DNA of 43,920 nucleotides, from positions 1 to 43,920 of IMG/VR virus record IMGVR_UViG_3300018073_000003; one strand, 5' to 3'. The DNA is from a virus. Its lineage: Duplodnaviria; Caudoviricetes. Position 1 is the first letter of the stretch, and the number at the start of each line of letters is the position of its first letter. Below, piece after piece: positions 7,657 to 16,298 of the stretch. Position numbers and translations under genes: made by a program. The notes below the pieces were generated by a model. The model did no database searches, was not told the DNA's origin, and saw only the letters and a list, made by a program, of their open reading frames with translations.

Positions 7657-7841
7657 GCCAGCGCGCGTTGCCGCATCAGTTCGGCCTGCTCACCGTCGAA
7701 CTTCCGGCGGCGCGTGCCGTGGACCTCGTTGCTGATGATCAACGCACAGACGCCGCAGACCATCGTGTAGCGGCCGTTGACAAACATCTGCGTGACCAAT
7801 TTATTGGGGTAGCTGGTGAGGCACCGCGTGCAGGCCGTCAT
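7626..7841 (-). CDS. Small zinc-ribbon protein
   Basis: MTACTRC...CGVC; ATGA coupling. Confidence 0.6.
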   Translation of the reverse strand: MTACTRCLTSYPNKLVTQMFVNGRYTMVCGVCALIISNEVHGTRRRKFDGEQAELMRQRALAWRRGTKERS

Positions 7842-8083
7842 CGCTCGTAGAACAGCACGGGCAGCCCCTCCATCTCGTCGCGCCCGTTGCGCAGCAGCAC
7901 GCAGCCCTTCTCGCACCATGAGAAGTCGGCTGAGTCTCTGATGACCCAGCCGACCGTGCGCGCGTGCGTCACCAGCGCGCCCCACGACATCTGCGTGGCA
8001 GCGACCAGATCCGCCTTCGGCACCTGCACCAGCGTCTTCACGCTGTCCGTCTCGCTGAGCGACGGTGGCGGCCGCCGTGTCAC
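7838..8083 (-). CDS. Hypothetical protein
   Basis: 81-aa ORF coupled to the ERF stop (GTGA). Confidence 0.55.
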   Translation of the reverse strand: MTRRPPPSLSETDSVKTLVQVPKADLVAATQMSWGALVTHARTVGWVIRDSADFSWCEKGCVLLRNGRDEMEGLPVLFYER

Positions 8084-9006
8084 AGCGTCTCCTCCCGGCG
8101 CACCACCACGACGCGCTGGCCCTCGACGTTCTCGAAGCTGACGCCGTAGTCGGTCGGGTATTCAATCGAGCCCAGCACCGTGCTCAGCTGCAGCGCGGTC
8201 AACTGCGACGTCGACTCGTAGCTGAACAGCTGCTTGATGAGGCTCTTAACGTCGGCCTCGGTCCACGCGAACTTCTTGGCCGTCGCGAACAGCTGCGCGC
8301 GGTCGCGGCTGGTGATGGTGCCCTCGCCGCCCAGCGGCACCGCAGGCGGCTTGGCCTTGGCCACCGGCTTGGGCTTGTCGACCGTCGGCTCCGGCGGCGC
8401 GCCCGGCGGGGGTGGGTCGCCGATGTCCTGCCGCACCGTCGGCGGCTTGGGCGCGGTCGCCCGCGAGCGCTGCGGCGTCGGCGGCGGCGTGAGCGCCTGC
8501 GCCAGCTGTGCGTCGTCGTCCTCTTCAGACGCCACGCCTGCCAGCGCTGAGAGCCCGTAGCGGCGCAGGTAGGTCAGCAGGCTGCCCATGCCCTGCGGTG
8601 TCGCGTCAGACAGCGGCAGGCGCAGCAGCGAGCCGATCCACTGCCCAGACGTGTGCAGGAAGCGCGTGTCGACCTGCAGCATCACGGCGCGCTCGCCGTT
8701 GACCACGTTGGCCGACTGCACCAGCGCGATGCCGTTCTCGTTCAGTGCCGGGCGCACCGCCGCGATGACCGCCGCCAGCGTCGCGTAGCCATACTTGTAG
8801 CTGCCGCGCGAACTGGTGATGTCGGCCACGCGGTCCTTCGCCACCGCCTTGAACTTCAGCTGCGCCGCGCACAGCGCCGTGATGATGTCCGCGACACCAT
8901 CGCTGCTCTGCAGCACGGGCGACGGCGCGACCGTCATCCGCACCGGCGGTTCACTCACGACACGCGGCGCAACGGCCTGCGTGGTCTGTCCCTCTTCACC
9001 CGTCAT
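8080..9006 (-). CDS. erf: ERF-family ssDNA annealing protein
   Basis: ALCAAQ..YKYGYATL..VRPALNENGI..FLHTSGQW..PQGMGSLLTYLRRYGLSALAGVASEEDDDA; Pro-rich linker and C-terminal helical domain. Confidence 0.9.
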   Translation of the reverse strand: MTGEEGQTTQAVAPRVVSEPPVRMTVAPSPVLQSSDGVADIITALCAAQLKFKAVAKDRVADITSSRGSYKYGYATLAAVIAAVRPALNENGIALVQSANVVNGERAVMLQVDTRFLHTSGQWIGSLLRLPLSDATPQGMGSLLTYLRRYGLSALAGVASEEDDDAQLAQALTPPPTPQRSRATAPKPPTVRQDIGDPPPPGAPPEPTVDKPKPVAKAKPPAVPLGGEGTITSRDRAQLFATAKKFAWTEADVKSLIKQLFSYESTSQLTALQLSTVLGSIEYPTDYGVSFENVEGQRVVVVRREETL

Positions 9007-9109
9007 GGTTATCCCCTCGCGTCCCTAAGATCGCGCTGCCGAACGTGACCGCGCCGACGATGGCGACGAGCACAACCAGCAGCACCAACACACCCAGCGC
9101 GGCCCACAC
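8996..9109 (-). CDS. Small single-pass membrane protein (37 aa)
   Basis: Manual translation from GTG (TAGTG overlap): MWAALGVLVLLVVLVAIVGAVTFGSAILGTRGDNHDG. Confidence 0.55.
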   Translation of the reverse strand: MWAALGVLVLLVVLVAIVGAVTFGSAILGTRGDNHDG

Positions 9110-9369
9110 TAGAGCGGGTCCGCGCGCACCGCGACGATCTCGCCCGTCTCTTCGCTGCGCGTGATGCGCAGCACGCCGTTGCCCGCGCCTGCTTCAATCG
9201 CCTGCGTCACGACGTCGGGCCCGACGCCCAGCACGCTCGCCACGTCGAACACCACCGGCCGCGCCAGCGTGTAGGGCTCGCCCTTGATGACGACCAGCCC
9301 CTGCTCCTGCTGAATCCGCTGCAGCACCGCGCGCGTCACCGCCGACAACACGTCCGTCGATCCGTTCAT
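9109..9369 (-). CDS. Hypothetical, possible winged-HTH protein
   Basis: MNGSTDV...; DVASVLGVGPDVVTQAI followed by GVLRITR wing-like strands. Confidence 0.5.
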   Translation of the reverse strand: MNGSTDVLSAVTRAVLQRIQQEQGLVVIKGEPYTLARPVVFDVASVLGVGPDVVTQAIEAGAGNGVLRITRSEETGEIVAVRADPL

Positions 9370-9659
9370 CGTCCTTGTCCTCCTGCTGCGCCATGCAGCG
9401 CTTCGAGTGCGAGCACTTCCAACTCCGGCCACAGCACCGCAGCGGGGATACCGAAGATCCGCGCGACCTGCAGCTTCACGCGCAGCGACAACCGCTGGCG
9501 CTGCGCCGACCCGTTGCGCAGATGCGTCGGGCTGATGCCGACACGCGCGGCAATCTCGGCGAAGGTCGCCCCGGCGAGACGATGTGCGACGCGCACGCGC
9601 ACGCCCGGCTCGCGCTGCCGCAGCAGGATCACGTCCTCGGCGTTCAGTGTTCGTTCCAT
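9366..9659 (-). CDS. Cro/C1-type HTH transcriptional regulator
   Basis: TFAEIAARVGISPTHLRN...VKLQVARIFGIPAAVLWP; first gene of the leftward operon, divergent from promoter cassette 1. Confidence 0.8.
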   Translation of the reverse strand: MERTLNAEDVILLRQREPGVRVRVAHRLAGATFAEIAARVGISPTHLRNGSAQRQRLSLRVKLQVARIFGIPAAVLWPELEVLALEALHGAAGGQGR

Positions 9660-9749
9660 GCCGTCGACTGTCTCATGGACTACAAACGAACGCAAGGCTT
9701 ACGGACGATCACGGCACAATCGCGCGTTTTCATTAGGATTCGAGGGGGG

Positions 9750-9840
9750 TTGACAGCCAGCGCTGGGTCCGCATATACTTCGTCAGTCGGTTGAACGCCG
9801 ACGCCGCCGCATCCCGCGACGGACCCGAGGAGACAGACCA
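9750..9840 (+). promoter_or_regulatory. Promoter/operator cassette 1
   Basis: TTGACA 9750-55, operator AGCCAGCGCTGGGT 9755-68, TATACT 9774-79, hairpin gtcggt-tgaac-gccgac, leader gacccgaggagacagacca-ATG. Confidence 0.85.
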
Positions 9841-10842
9841 ATGGCACACATGATTGACGAAACGACCGGACGCCCAGCTATCGCCTACATCGGCTCGACG
9901 CCGTGGCACGGGCTCGGCACCCGCATCACCCCGACGCAGGCGCGCGACATCGACTTCGTCCGCGTGCAGGCCGGGCTCGACTTCATCGTCGAAGCGCGCG
10001 GCATCGCGTTCGAGCACAACGGCGCGTGGCAGTCGACGGCGCGTGGGCAGGCCACCGTCCGCACCGACACCGGCGCGGTGCTCGGCATCGTCGGCCCCAG
10101 CTACACCGTCGTGCAGAACGCGCAGGCGCTCGACGTGCTGCGCCCGGCGGTCGAGGAGCTTGGCCTCACCATCGCGGTCGCGGGCGCGCTGCAGGGCGGC
10201 GCCACGGGCTGGGCGCTCGCGCAGCTGCCGCAGTCGGTCGACGTCACCGGCACCGGCGACACGGTCAACGGCTACGCGCTGTTCCGGTGGTCGCACGACG
10301 GCAGCGTCGGCATCGTCGGCGACCTCACCCCCGTCCGCGTGGTCTGCCAGAACACGCTCAACGCCGCGATCAACTCGCGCTCGCAGGCCGCCGTCGTCCG
10401 CGTGCGGCACACCGCGTCGGCCGAACGGAAGCTCGACGAGGCCGCGCGCGTGGTCACGAAGCTGACCGAGTCGCTCATCGCCACCGGCGAGACGTTCACG
10501 CAGCTGGCGAACTACCGCCTCTCGGCGCGCGAAGTGGTCGCCTACATCGAGGCGGTCTTCCCGCAGGACGGCGACAAGCTCAGCGACGTCGTCAAGGCGC
10601 GCCGCTCGACCGTCGCGCAGCTGCTGGAGTCGGGCGTCGGCGCGGAACTGGCGAGCCCCGGTGGCGTGCCGACCGCGTGGGGCGTCTACAACGCGGTCAC
10701 CGAGTACTTCGACCACGTCCGTCCTGCCGAGGCGGCCTCCGCTGCTGGCCGTGCGCGCGCCAACGAGTCGGCGTTGTTCGGCGGCAACCACGACACCAAG
10801 CGGTTCGCGCTGGCGCAGGCCCGCGAACTGGTCGCCGCGTAG
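9841..10842 (+). CDS. DUF932 / TIGR03299-type phage-plasmid protein
   Basis: MAH...PWHGLG..VRTDTGAVLGIVG..Y..VQN..SHDGS..TPVRVVCQNTL..RHT..TAWGVYNAVTEYFDH. Confidence 0.9.
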   Translation: MAHMIDETTGRPAIAYIGSTPWHGLGTRITPTQARDIDFVRVQAGLDFIVEARGIAFEHNGAWQSTARGQATVRTDTGAVLGIVGPSYTVVQNAQALDVLRPAVEELGLTIAVAGALQGGATGWALAQLPQSVDVTGTGDTVNGYALFRWSHDGSVGIVGDLTPVRVVCQNTLNAAINSRSQAAVVRVRHTASAERKLDEAARVVTKLTESLIATGETFTQLANYRLSAREVVAYIEAVFPQDGDKLSDVVKARRSTVAQLLESGVGAELASPGGVPTAWGVYNAVTEYFDHVRPAEAASAAGRARANESALFGGNHDTKRFALAQARELVAA

Positions 10843-10849
10843 CGGGCCC

Positions 10850-10873
10850 GGCCGGGGCTCTCGGGCCCCGGCC
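10850..10873 (+). terminator. GC hairpin after the DUF932 gene
   Basis: ggccggggctc-tc-gggccccggcc; no T-tract. Confidence 0.35.
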
Positions 10874-10903
10874 ACCTACTCAGACATCGAGGGAGACACG
10901 TTC

Positions 10904-11254
10904 ATGTTTACGACCACCGGCAACCTCTGCTTCGTGCTCGGCTGCCACAACGGCCGCGCCACCCAGTCAGCCATCCACAAGCTCTTCGGCCGCGTCGCCT
11001 GCTGCGACAGCCACCACCCAGACCGTGGGGGCATCGGCCGCCCCTTCGGCGACCCAGACGCGCCGGTGGCCCAGACGGCCCCCCAGACCGCGCCCAAGCC
11101 CGCTGGCGGCCTTCGGACGCCGTTGACCGTGTCCGCGTCCCCGAACCGCCCGAAGCCCTCGGTGGGCCCGGCCGGGGCGATAGTGAGCCCGCTGGAGGCG
11201 GCACGCCGTGTCGCCGCCGCCCGGCAGGCCGCTCGGCAGGGAGGTGGGCTGTGA
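10904..11254 (+). CDS. Cys/His N-terminal, Pro-rich hypothetical protein
   Basis: ATG 10904 after gagggagacac leader; CFVLGC..CCDSH. Confidence 0.65.
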   Translation: MFTTTGNLCFVLGCHNGRATQSAIHKLFGRVACCDSHHPDRGGIGRPFGDPDAPVAQTAPQTAPKPAGGLRTPLTVSASPNRPKPSVGPAGAIVSPLEAARRVAAARQAARQGGGL

Positions 11255-11535
11255 GCCGCCCCGGCCCCGTCCTGCCGACCGTGCACCTCAACGGCACGTC
11301 GGCCGAGGCGCTCGCCGAGGCGCTGACCGTCGCACTGGAGAAGCTCTGGGAGGCGCAGCAGGCGCTGCAGGATGCGGCACCCAACGGCCGCGACTATTAT
11401 CCGCAAGGGCCAGCGCTGGCACAGCTGGCGCAGGAGCAGCACCGGCAGCGTGCCGAGGCGCTGCAGGACATCCGCACCGACCTCGCCACGGTGCTCGACT
11501 CGGTGCTCGATCAGCAGCAGAGGAGACAGCGATGA
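11251..11535 (+). CDS. Hypothetical helical protein
   Basis: PTVHLNGTS..L......A..APNGRDYYPQG pattern; GTGA coupling. Confidence 0.7.
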   Translation: MSRPGPVLPTVHLNGTSAEALAEALTVALEKLWEAQQALQDAAPNGRDYYPQGPALAQLAQEQHRQRAEALQDIRTDLATVLDSVLDQQQRRQR

Positions 11536-12545
11536 GTTTACAGAGAGGGTTCACGCTCGCGGCCGCAGAGACAGAGATCACGCGCCGACTACTGGCAGGC
11601 GAACACGTCCTGCTGATCGGCGCCGCCAAGACCAATCTGCCCACGCAGCTGGCCGACCACCCGCAGGTCGACCTCTGGGACAGCGAGTGCCGGATGCGCC
11701 GCGTCATCCCGTCGTCGGCGCGCATCGTGCTCTTCACCAAGTGGGTGGGGCACAACCAGCACAAGTGGATCCGCGAGGATGCCGCGAAAGACCGCGCGCG
11801 CTTCATCTGGCCGGAGCTACTCGGCACCGGCGAGATCCGCCGCCTGCTGCAGCCGCTGCTACCCGCGTCGACGGAGCCTGCGCCGGTGGTCGTCGCGCCG
11901 GTCGAGACACCGGCGAAGCCGGGAGACTTCGATTACGACCCGCCTGCGCCCGCACCGCCGACGTGCACGGTGTGCGACTGCGGCACCGTGCCGGGCGTGA
12001 CGTGGGGCGGCAGCACGCGCGAGTTTGTCGAGCAGCACTGGAACCACGACGTCGAGCACATCGGTGGCTGGCAGTCGCGCGAAGCGAAGCGCCTGCATCG
12101 CCTCGCCGCGCAGCACGGGCTCAGCTGCACGCTGCACTACATCGAGAAGCTGGTGTCGCAGCTGAACATCGCGCGCGAGCAGAGCACACGCGATGAGGCG
12201 GCGCTGACGCAGGAGCGCCGCGCGCTGGCCAACGGCGCGCTGGCCAACGAGAAGATCGAACAGCAGCTGCGGCACGCGGTTGAGCGGCCGACGGTCGCAG
12301 AGCGCGTCGAGCAGTGGCTCGACAGCACCGAGGTGGTCGCGCCGCCGCCGGTGGTCGTGGTCGACGCGGGCGAGGCGCGCATCAGCGCCGAACTCGGCGA
12401 GCTACTGCGCATGATCGACGACGCCGCCGCCGTGCTGTCGCTCGCGCGCGAAACCATCGTGCAGCTGGCGAAGGAAAACTCGGAGCAGCGCAACATGCGC
12501 GACCGTGTGCGGGCCAAAATGCAGGCCGCCCTCGACTCGATCTGA
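11532..12545 (+). CDS. DUF2325-like N-terminal domain plus coiled-coil protein
   Basis: VLLIG...IP.SARIVLFTKWVGHNQHKWIREDA resembles DUF2325; RBS AGGAG. Confidence 0.55.
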   Translation: MSLQRGFTLAAAETEITRRLLAGEHVLLIGAAKTNLPTQLADHPQVDLWDSECRMRRVIPSSARIVLFTKWVGHNQHKWIREDAAKDRARFIWPELLGTGEIRRLLQPLLPASTEPAPVVVAPVETPAKPGDFDYDPPAPAPPTCTVCDCGTVPGVTWGGSTREFVEQHWNHDVEHIGGWQSREAKRLHRLAAQHGLSCTLHYIEKLVSQLNIAREQSTRDEAALTQERRALANGALANEKIEQQLRHAVERPTVAERVEQWLDSTEVVAPPPVVVVDAGEARISAELGELLRMIDDAAAVLSLARETIVQLAKENSEQRNMRDRVRAKMQAALDSI

Positions 12546-12547
12546 TT

Positions 12548-12561
12548 CGGGCTATAGCCCG
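12548..12561. promoter_or_regulatory. Perfect palindrome CGGGCTATAGCCCG
   Basis: Intergenic; 12/14 match to the palindrome at 17750. Confidence 0.45.
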
Positions 12562-12600
12562 CTATTTCCATCTGACCCCCGGGTTTCCTTAGGGTTTCCC

Positions 12601-12679
12601 GGGGGTTGACATACCCAGCGCTGGGTGTCATACTCTTCTGGTCGGGCGGTGGTCGCCCGGCACCCGAGGAGAGACACCA
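12601..12679 (+). promoter_or_regulatory. Promoter/operator cassette 2
   Basis: TTGACA 12606-11, ACCCAGCGCTGGGT 12613-26, CATACT 12629-34 (17-nt spacer), hairpin gtcgggcg-gtggt-cgcccggc, cccgaggagagacacca-ATG. Confidence 0.88.
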
Positions 12680-12997
12680 ATGGCCAAAATCACCAACAGC
12701 ATCGACACCCCGTTCGGCACCTTCACGCGCAAGTCCGACACCGCCTACGCCTTCGCCGCCGTCGCCGAGGCCGCCGTCAACCCAGAGCAGGGCCTGCGCG
12801 TCACGGGCAACCGCAAGGGCGACGCCGCGCTGTCGGACCCCGACTACCTGCACCAAGGCCGGAGCTACCCGGGCGAGCAGCGCGTGCGCTATCACATCGT
12901 CTGGTCGCGCACCGAGGCAGGCGCGCGCAAGAACGCCGAGAGCTACGTGTGGCAGGCGGCGCGCTGCGCCGGTGTGTTCCCCGTCGCCACCCGCTAA
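12680..12997 (+). CDS. Hypothetical early protein
   Basis: 105 aa; first gene of cassette 2. Confidence 0.8.
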   Translation: MAKITNSIDTPFGTFTRKSDTAYAFAAVAEAAVNPEQGLRVTGNRKGDAALSDPDYLHQGRSYPGEQRVRYHIVWSRTEAGARKNAESYVWQAARCAGVFPVATR

Positions 12998-13024
12998 CCG
13001 ACAGACCCCCGAGGAGCCACGACC

Positions 13025-13261
13025 ATGAACCAACGCGCCGCCACCATCACCTTCTGCGGCTGCAGCACCGGCTGCAGCGCCACTGTCATCGACGCGGACG
13101 GCAAGCTCACGCTGCCGTCGGCGCAGCTGGCCGACAACTTCGTCTTCGACTGGGACGGAGGCGTCGACTACGTCGAGCTATTCGTGCGCGCCCACGTCGT
13201 TGGCCAGACCTTGCGCGACGCGCGCGGTCGGCTCTTTGTCGTGCGCCCCGAGGGCGCTTGA
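13025..13261 (+). CDS. Hypothetical early protein
   Basis: 78 aa; GAGGAG RBS; its TGA lies inside the next TTGACA. Confidence 0.75.
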   Translation: MNQRAATITFCGCSTGCSATVIDADGKLTLPSAQLADNFVFDWDGGVDYVELFVRAHVVGQTLRDARGRLFVVRPEGA

Positions 13262-13330
13262 CACCCAGCGCTGGGTTCGAGTAGGATCTGTGAGTCGGGC
13301 ATTGACGCCCGGCACCGAGGGAGACACCCA
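13258..13330 (+). promoter_or_regulatory. Promoter/operator cassette 3
   Basis: TTGACA 13258-63, ACCCAGCGCTGGGT 13263-76, TAGGAT 13282-87, hairpin gtcgggc-attgac-gcccggc, ccgagggagacaccca-ATG. Confidence 0.88.
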
Positions 13331-13678
13331 ATGACCAAAGCCGCTGAGATCGCCGCGCTCGACTCGTTCATCGCCAAGCTAGGCACCGCGTCCTACCTCG
13401 GCCCGTGGCTCGCGGACAACCGCGAGGCCATCGTGGCCGACATCCGCAACGACCTGCCGGTCGACATCCTGCTGCCGCGCGCCGCCGTGCGGAAGGCCGA
13501 GGAGACGGTCGCGGTGGCGAAGCAGGACGCTGCCCGCATCGTCCGCGAGGCGCAGGACCGCGCGCAGCAGCTGCGCACCGAGGCGCAGGCGCAGTGCGAC
13601 ACGCAGCGCCGCGTCGTCGCCGACATCATCGCCCGGCACTGCGCCGAGGCCCAGCGCGCGCTGGTAGGGGGCCGCTAA
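13331..13678 (+). CDS. Hypothetical coiled-coil early protein
   Basis: 115 aa; SYLGPWL..IRND motif plus heptad tail. Confidence 0.8.
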   Translation: MTKAAEIAALDSFIAKLGTASYLGPWLADNREAIVADIRNDLPVDILLPRAAVRKAEETVAVAKQDAARIVREAQDRAQQLRTEAQAQCDTQRRVVADIIARHCAEAQRALVGGR

Positions 13679-14142
13679 TGGCCCGCGCCAGCAAGCGTGC
13701 CAGCGTGCCCGCCAAGGGCGACTACTACCCGACCGTGCGGGCGTGGTGCCAGCGGCTGGGGATGACCGCCCACGACCAGCGGGCCAACGAGGTGATGCTC
13801 GACGCGCGCGGCTGTCGCGTCTACGTCGCCGCGGTGATGGGCCCGCGCTTCCCGCTGTTCCTGCGGCGGATGAGCGCCAGCGTCGGCCGGGGCGGGTCGC
13901 GCTACATCACGCTCGACAGCGACACCATCAAGGCGCGCCAGATGAGCCTCGGCACCGTGCTGCATGAGTGTGCCCACTCGATTCAGCTGCTGCGCGAGCG
14001 CGAGCGCAAGGCCGTGCGGCAGGAGATTTGGCAGCGCACCCGCAAGGCACGCCCGGCGCCCCAGCAGCGCGGCGCCCGGCGCCAGCTGCACGGCGAGGCG
14101 TTCTGCCGCACCTACGCCCGGCTCCTGCGGGACACGTTGTAG
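13678..14142 (+). CDS. SprT-like zinc metallopeptidase-fold protein
   Basis: TVLHECAH ... HGEAFCRTYARLL (HExxH plus distal HG..F); TAATG coupling. Confidence 0.7.
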   Translation: MARASKRASVPAKGDYYPTVRAWCQRLGMTAHDQRANEVMLDARGCRVYVAAVMGPRFPLFLRRMSASVGRGGSRYITLDSDTIKARQMSLGTVLHECAHSIQLLRERERKAVRQEIWQRTRKARPAPQQRGARRQLHGEAFCRTYARLLRDTL

Positions 14143-14225
14143 GGGGGTTGACACCCAGCGCTGGGTTCGAGTAGGATCAGTTGGGTCGGGCGTTGGTGCC
14201 CGGCCCGACCCGAGGAGACAGACCG
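14143..14225 (+). promoter_or_regulatory. Promoter/operator cassette 4
   Basis: 31 bp identical to cassette 3 (14148-78); hairpin gggtcgggc-gttggt-gcccggccc; leader gacccgaggagacagacc identical to cassette 1. Confidence 0.88.
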
Positions 14226-14345
14226 ATGGACAGACAGACCGCCACCACGCACCTCGCCAAGGTGTTCGCGTTTCTCGCCTGCGGCAATGCCGCGAAGGCC
14301 CGCCCGCACGCCGCCGCGCTCGTCGCGTGGTTGCAGAGCCTCTAA
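14226..14345 (+). CDS. 39-aa early peptide
   Basis: Manual translation MDRQTATTHLAKVFAFLACGNAAKARPHAAALVAWLQSL directly after the cassette 4 RBS. Confidence 0.7.
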   Translation: MDRQTATTHLAKVFAFLACGNAAKARPHAAALVAWLQSL

Positions 14346-14371
14346 CCGTTCGGACCCGAGGAGCCACGACC

Positions 14372-14938
14372 ATGAAGCACAGCATCAAGCAGAACCGCTA
14401 CGGCAACTGGGCCGCCTACACCAGCGGCAAGCACGTCCAGTACTTCTTCAACAGCCACCTCGCCGGTGGCAACGCCGGTGCCGACGACCAGCAGCAGCAG
14501 GCCGAGGCGTGGCTGCTCGCGCGCAACCGCGAGCGCGTCGTCGCCGAACACGGCGCAGACCTCGCGCGCCTAGAGCGCGGCGTCAACCGCACCGCGCTGT
14601 CGGTCACCACGACCGATGTCGGCTTCGCCGCCGCGCTGGTGCAGGTCGCCGAGGAGCGCCAGCTGCCGGTGCTCGCGACGCCGGTGCTCATCGGTCGCGC
14701 CAAGCGCGTGCCGCACATCCGCGTCACCGTGCGCTACGCCGACGTCGACATCGAGGTGTCGGGCATAGGCGAGAGCGTGCTGCTGTTCAGCGGCCAGAGC
14801 GCCGAGGGTATCGACTGGCTCGACGAGCACCTGCAGTCGGGCCCGCGTCTGGGCTCATCGCGCGCGGTCGAGCACCGCTTCGCCGGAGCCATCATCGAGG
14901 GCGCCGCTGACGCGGGCCTGCGCGTGCGGGTGCTGTGA
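14372..14938 (+). CDS. Hypothetical early protein
   Basis: ATG 14372 after GAGGAG; MKHSIKQNRYGNW...; C-terminal WLDEHL..AVEHRFAGAIIEGAADAGLRV. Confidence 0.75.
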   Translation: MKHSIKQNRYGNWAAYTSGKHVQYFFNSHLAGGNAGADDQQQQAEAWLLARNRERVVAEHGADLARLERGVNRTALSVTTTDVGFAAALVQVAEERQLPVLATPVLIGRAKRVPHIRVTVRYADVDIEVSGIGESVLLFSGQSAEGIDWLDEHLQSGPRLGSSRAVEHRFAGAIIEGAADAGLRVRVL

Positions 14939-15207
14939 TGGTGACGTGGATCTTCCGCAACAGCGACGGGCACGTCACGCACCTCTGCGACGCCTGCGGA
15001 CGCGCGAAGGCGACGCAGCTGGACCTGCGCCTGCCGCGCGAGCACGAACACGGCGCGTCGACACGCAAGGGCACCGGGCGCACCGGCTACGTCATCACGA
15101 TCAGCCGCGCGCCACAGACCGACGATTGGCTCTACAACGTGCGCTGCGCGCACTGCGAGGGCCCCGCGACCGACGAGATCAACCACTACGTGAAGACCGG
15201 AGACTGA
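14935..15207 (+). CDS. Zinc-finger (CxxC x2) early protein
   Basis: LCDAC ... CAHCE; GTGA coupling. Confidence 0.65.
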   Translation: MMVTWIFRNSDGHVTHLCDACGRAKATQLDLRLPREHEHGASTRKGTGRTGYVITISRAPQTDDWLYNVRCAHCEGPATDEINHYVKTGD

Positions 15208-15209
15208 CG

Positions 15210-15425
15210 ATGGATCCCAACGCCAACCTGCAAGAACAAGAACGCATCCTCGGCGCGCACGGGCGCGTCCATGAACTGGACCGCCAGCGCCTCGCCGAAC
15301 TGCGCGCGGCGCTCTCCCGCTGGCTGTCGCGTCACGGCTTCGCGCCCGACTGGGACGCCTGCCCGCGCGCGGCGCGCCACTTCGGCCACGGCCCGATGGC
15401 CGCCGAACGCTACTGGGGACGCTGA
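15210..15425 (+). CDS. Small phage protein of the MDPNA...WL..GF.P.W type
   Basis: MDPNANL...LRAALSRWLSRHGFAPDW; a recurrent small early-gene pattern. Confidence 0.7.
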   Translation: MDPNANLQEQERILGAHGRVHELDRQRLAELRAALSRWLSRHGFAPDWDACPRAARHFGHGPMAAERYWGR

Positions 15426-15440
15426 ATCCCTAGCAAACCC

Positions 15441-15519
15441 GGGGGTTGACACACCCAGCGCTGGGTGTGCTATACTCTTCTGGTCGGGCATGTCGCCCGG
15501 CGCGAGGGAGACACCGACC
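15441..15519 (+). promoter_or_regulatory. Promoter/operator cassette 5
   Basis: TTGACA 15446-51, 20-bp palindrome cacACCCAGCGCTGGGTgtg 15450-69, TATACT 15471-76, hairpin gtcgggc-atgtc-gcccggc, gagggagacacc leader. Confidence 0.88.
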
Positions 15520-16293
15520 ATGACCATCACCGCCAAATACGCCAGCGTCTGCACCAACTGCAAGTCGACCATCAACCCCGGCACGCTCATCGTGTGGGAG
15601 CGCGGCGCGGGCAGCCGCCACGCCATCAGCGCCGACTGCGACGTCGCCATCACCAAGCGCCGCATCGAGGCGCAGACCTCGGCCAAGCCCGCGCCGGTGG
15701 TCGACCTCACGTCGGTCGTCGCGTTTCTCGCGGCCGCGCGCGACCGTGGGCTGAAGTCGCCGAAGACGCGCTTCGCCGCGCCGGGCTCTGGCGAGCTAGC
15801 GCTGTCGCTGGCGCCGCTGACGGGGAAGAACCCGGGCGCCGTCTACGTCAAGGTCAACGGCGAGTACACGGGCAAGGTCACCGCCGACGGCACGGCCTAC
15901 GGGCTGACGCCGGTGCTGGTCGACGCGCTGCGCGCCATCGCCGCCGACCCGGCCGCTGCGGGCGCCGCCTACGGCCGCCTCACGGGCAACTGCAGCTTCT
16001 GCACGCAGGGGCTCACCGACGAGGGCAGCCTCGAAGTCGGCTACGGCCCGAAGTGCGCGAAGAACTACGGCCTGCCCCACAAGCCGCGCGGCAGCGCCAA
16101 GGCGACGCCGGTGGTCGCGGCCCGGCAGGCCGAGGCGCAGGACGCCGCCGACAGCCTGCGCGCCTGCACGGGCGCGGTGCGCGTGACGGTCACCGACGGC
16201 CCGGTCGTCGCGACGTCGCACGCCGCTTACGACCACGACGGGACGGAAGACTACAACCTGCTGGCGGCGCGCGAGGCCAGTTGGCGGCTGTAG
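15520..16293 (+). CDS. DUF6011-like zinc-finger protein
   Basis: N-terminal AKY...CTNC...I.PG; C-terminal YGRLTGNCSFCTQGLTDEGSLEVGYGPKCAK. Confidence 0.75.
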   Translation: MTITAKYASVCTNCKSTINPGTLIVWERGAGSRHAISADCDVAITKRRIEAQTSAKPAPVVDLTSVVAFLAAARDRGLKSPKTRFAAPGSGELALSLAPLTGKNPGAVYVKVNGEYTGKVTADGTAYGLTPVLVDALRAIAADPAAAGAAYGRLTGNCSFCTQGLTDEGSLEVGYGPKCAKNYGLPHKPRGSAKATPVVAARQAEAQDAADSLRACTGAVRVTVTDGPVVATSHAAYDHDGTEDYNLLAAREASWRL

Positions 16294-16298
16294 GCCAC

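Noticed and set aside
9750-15476. Repeated palindromic units as a CRISPR array or integron attC sites
   Set aside because: Spacing is 0.6-2.9 kb with whole genes in between; the units carry -35/-10 boxes; there is no cas or intI gene and no GTTRRRY core pattern
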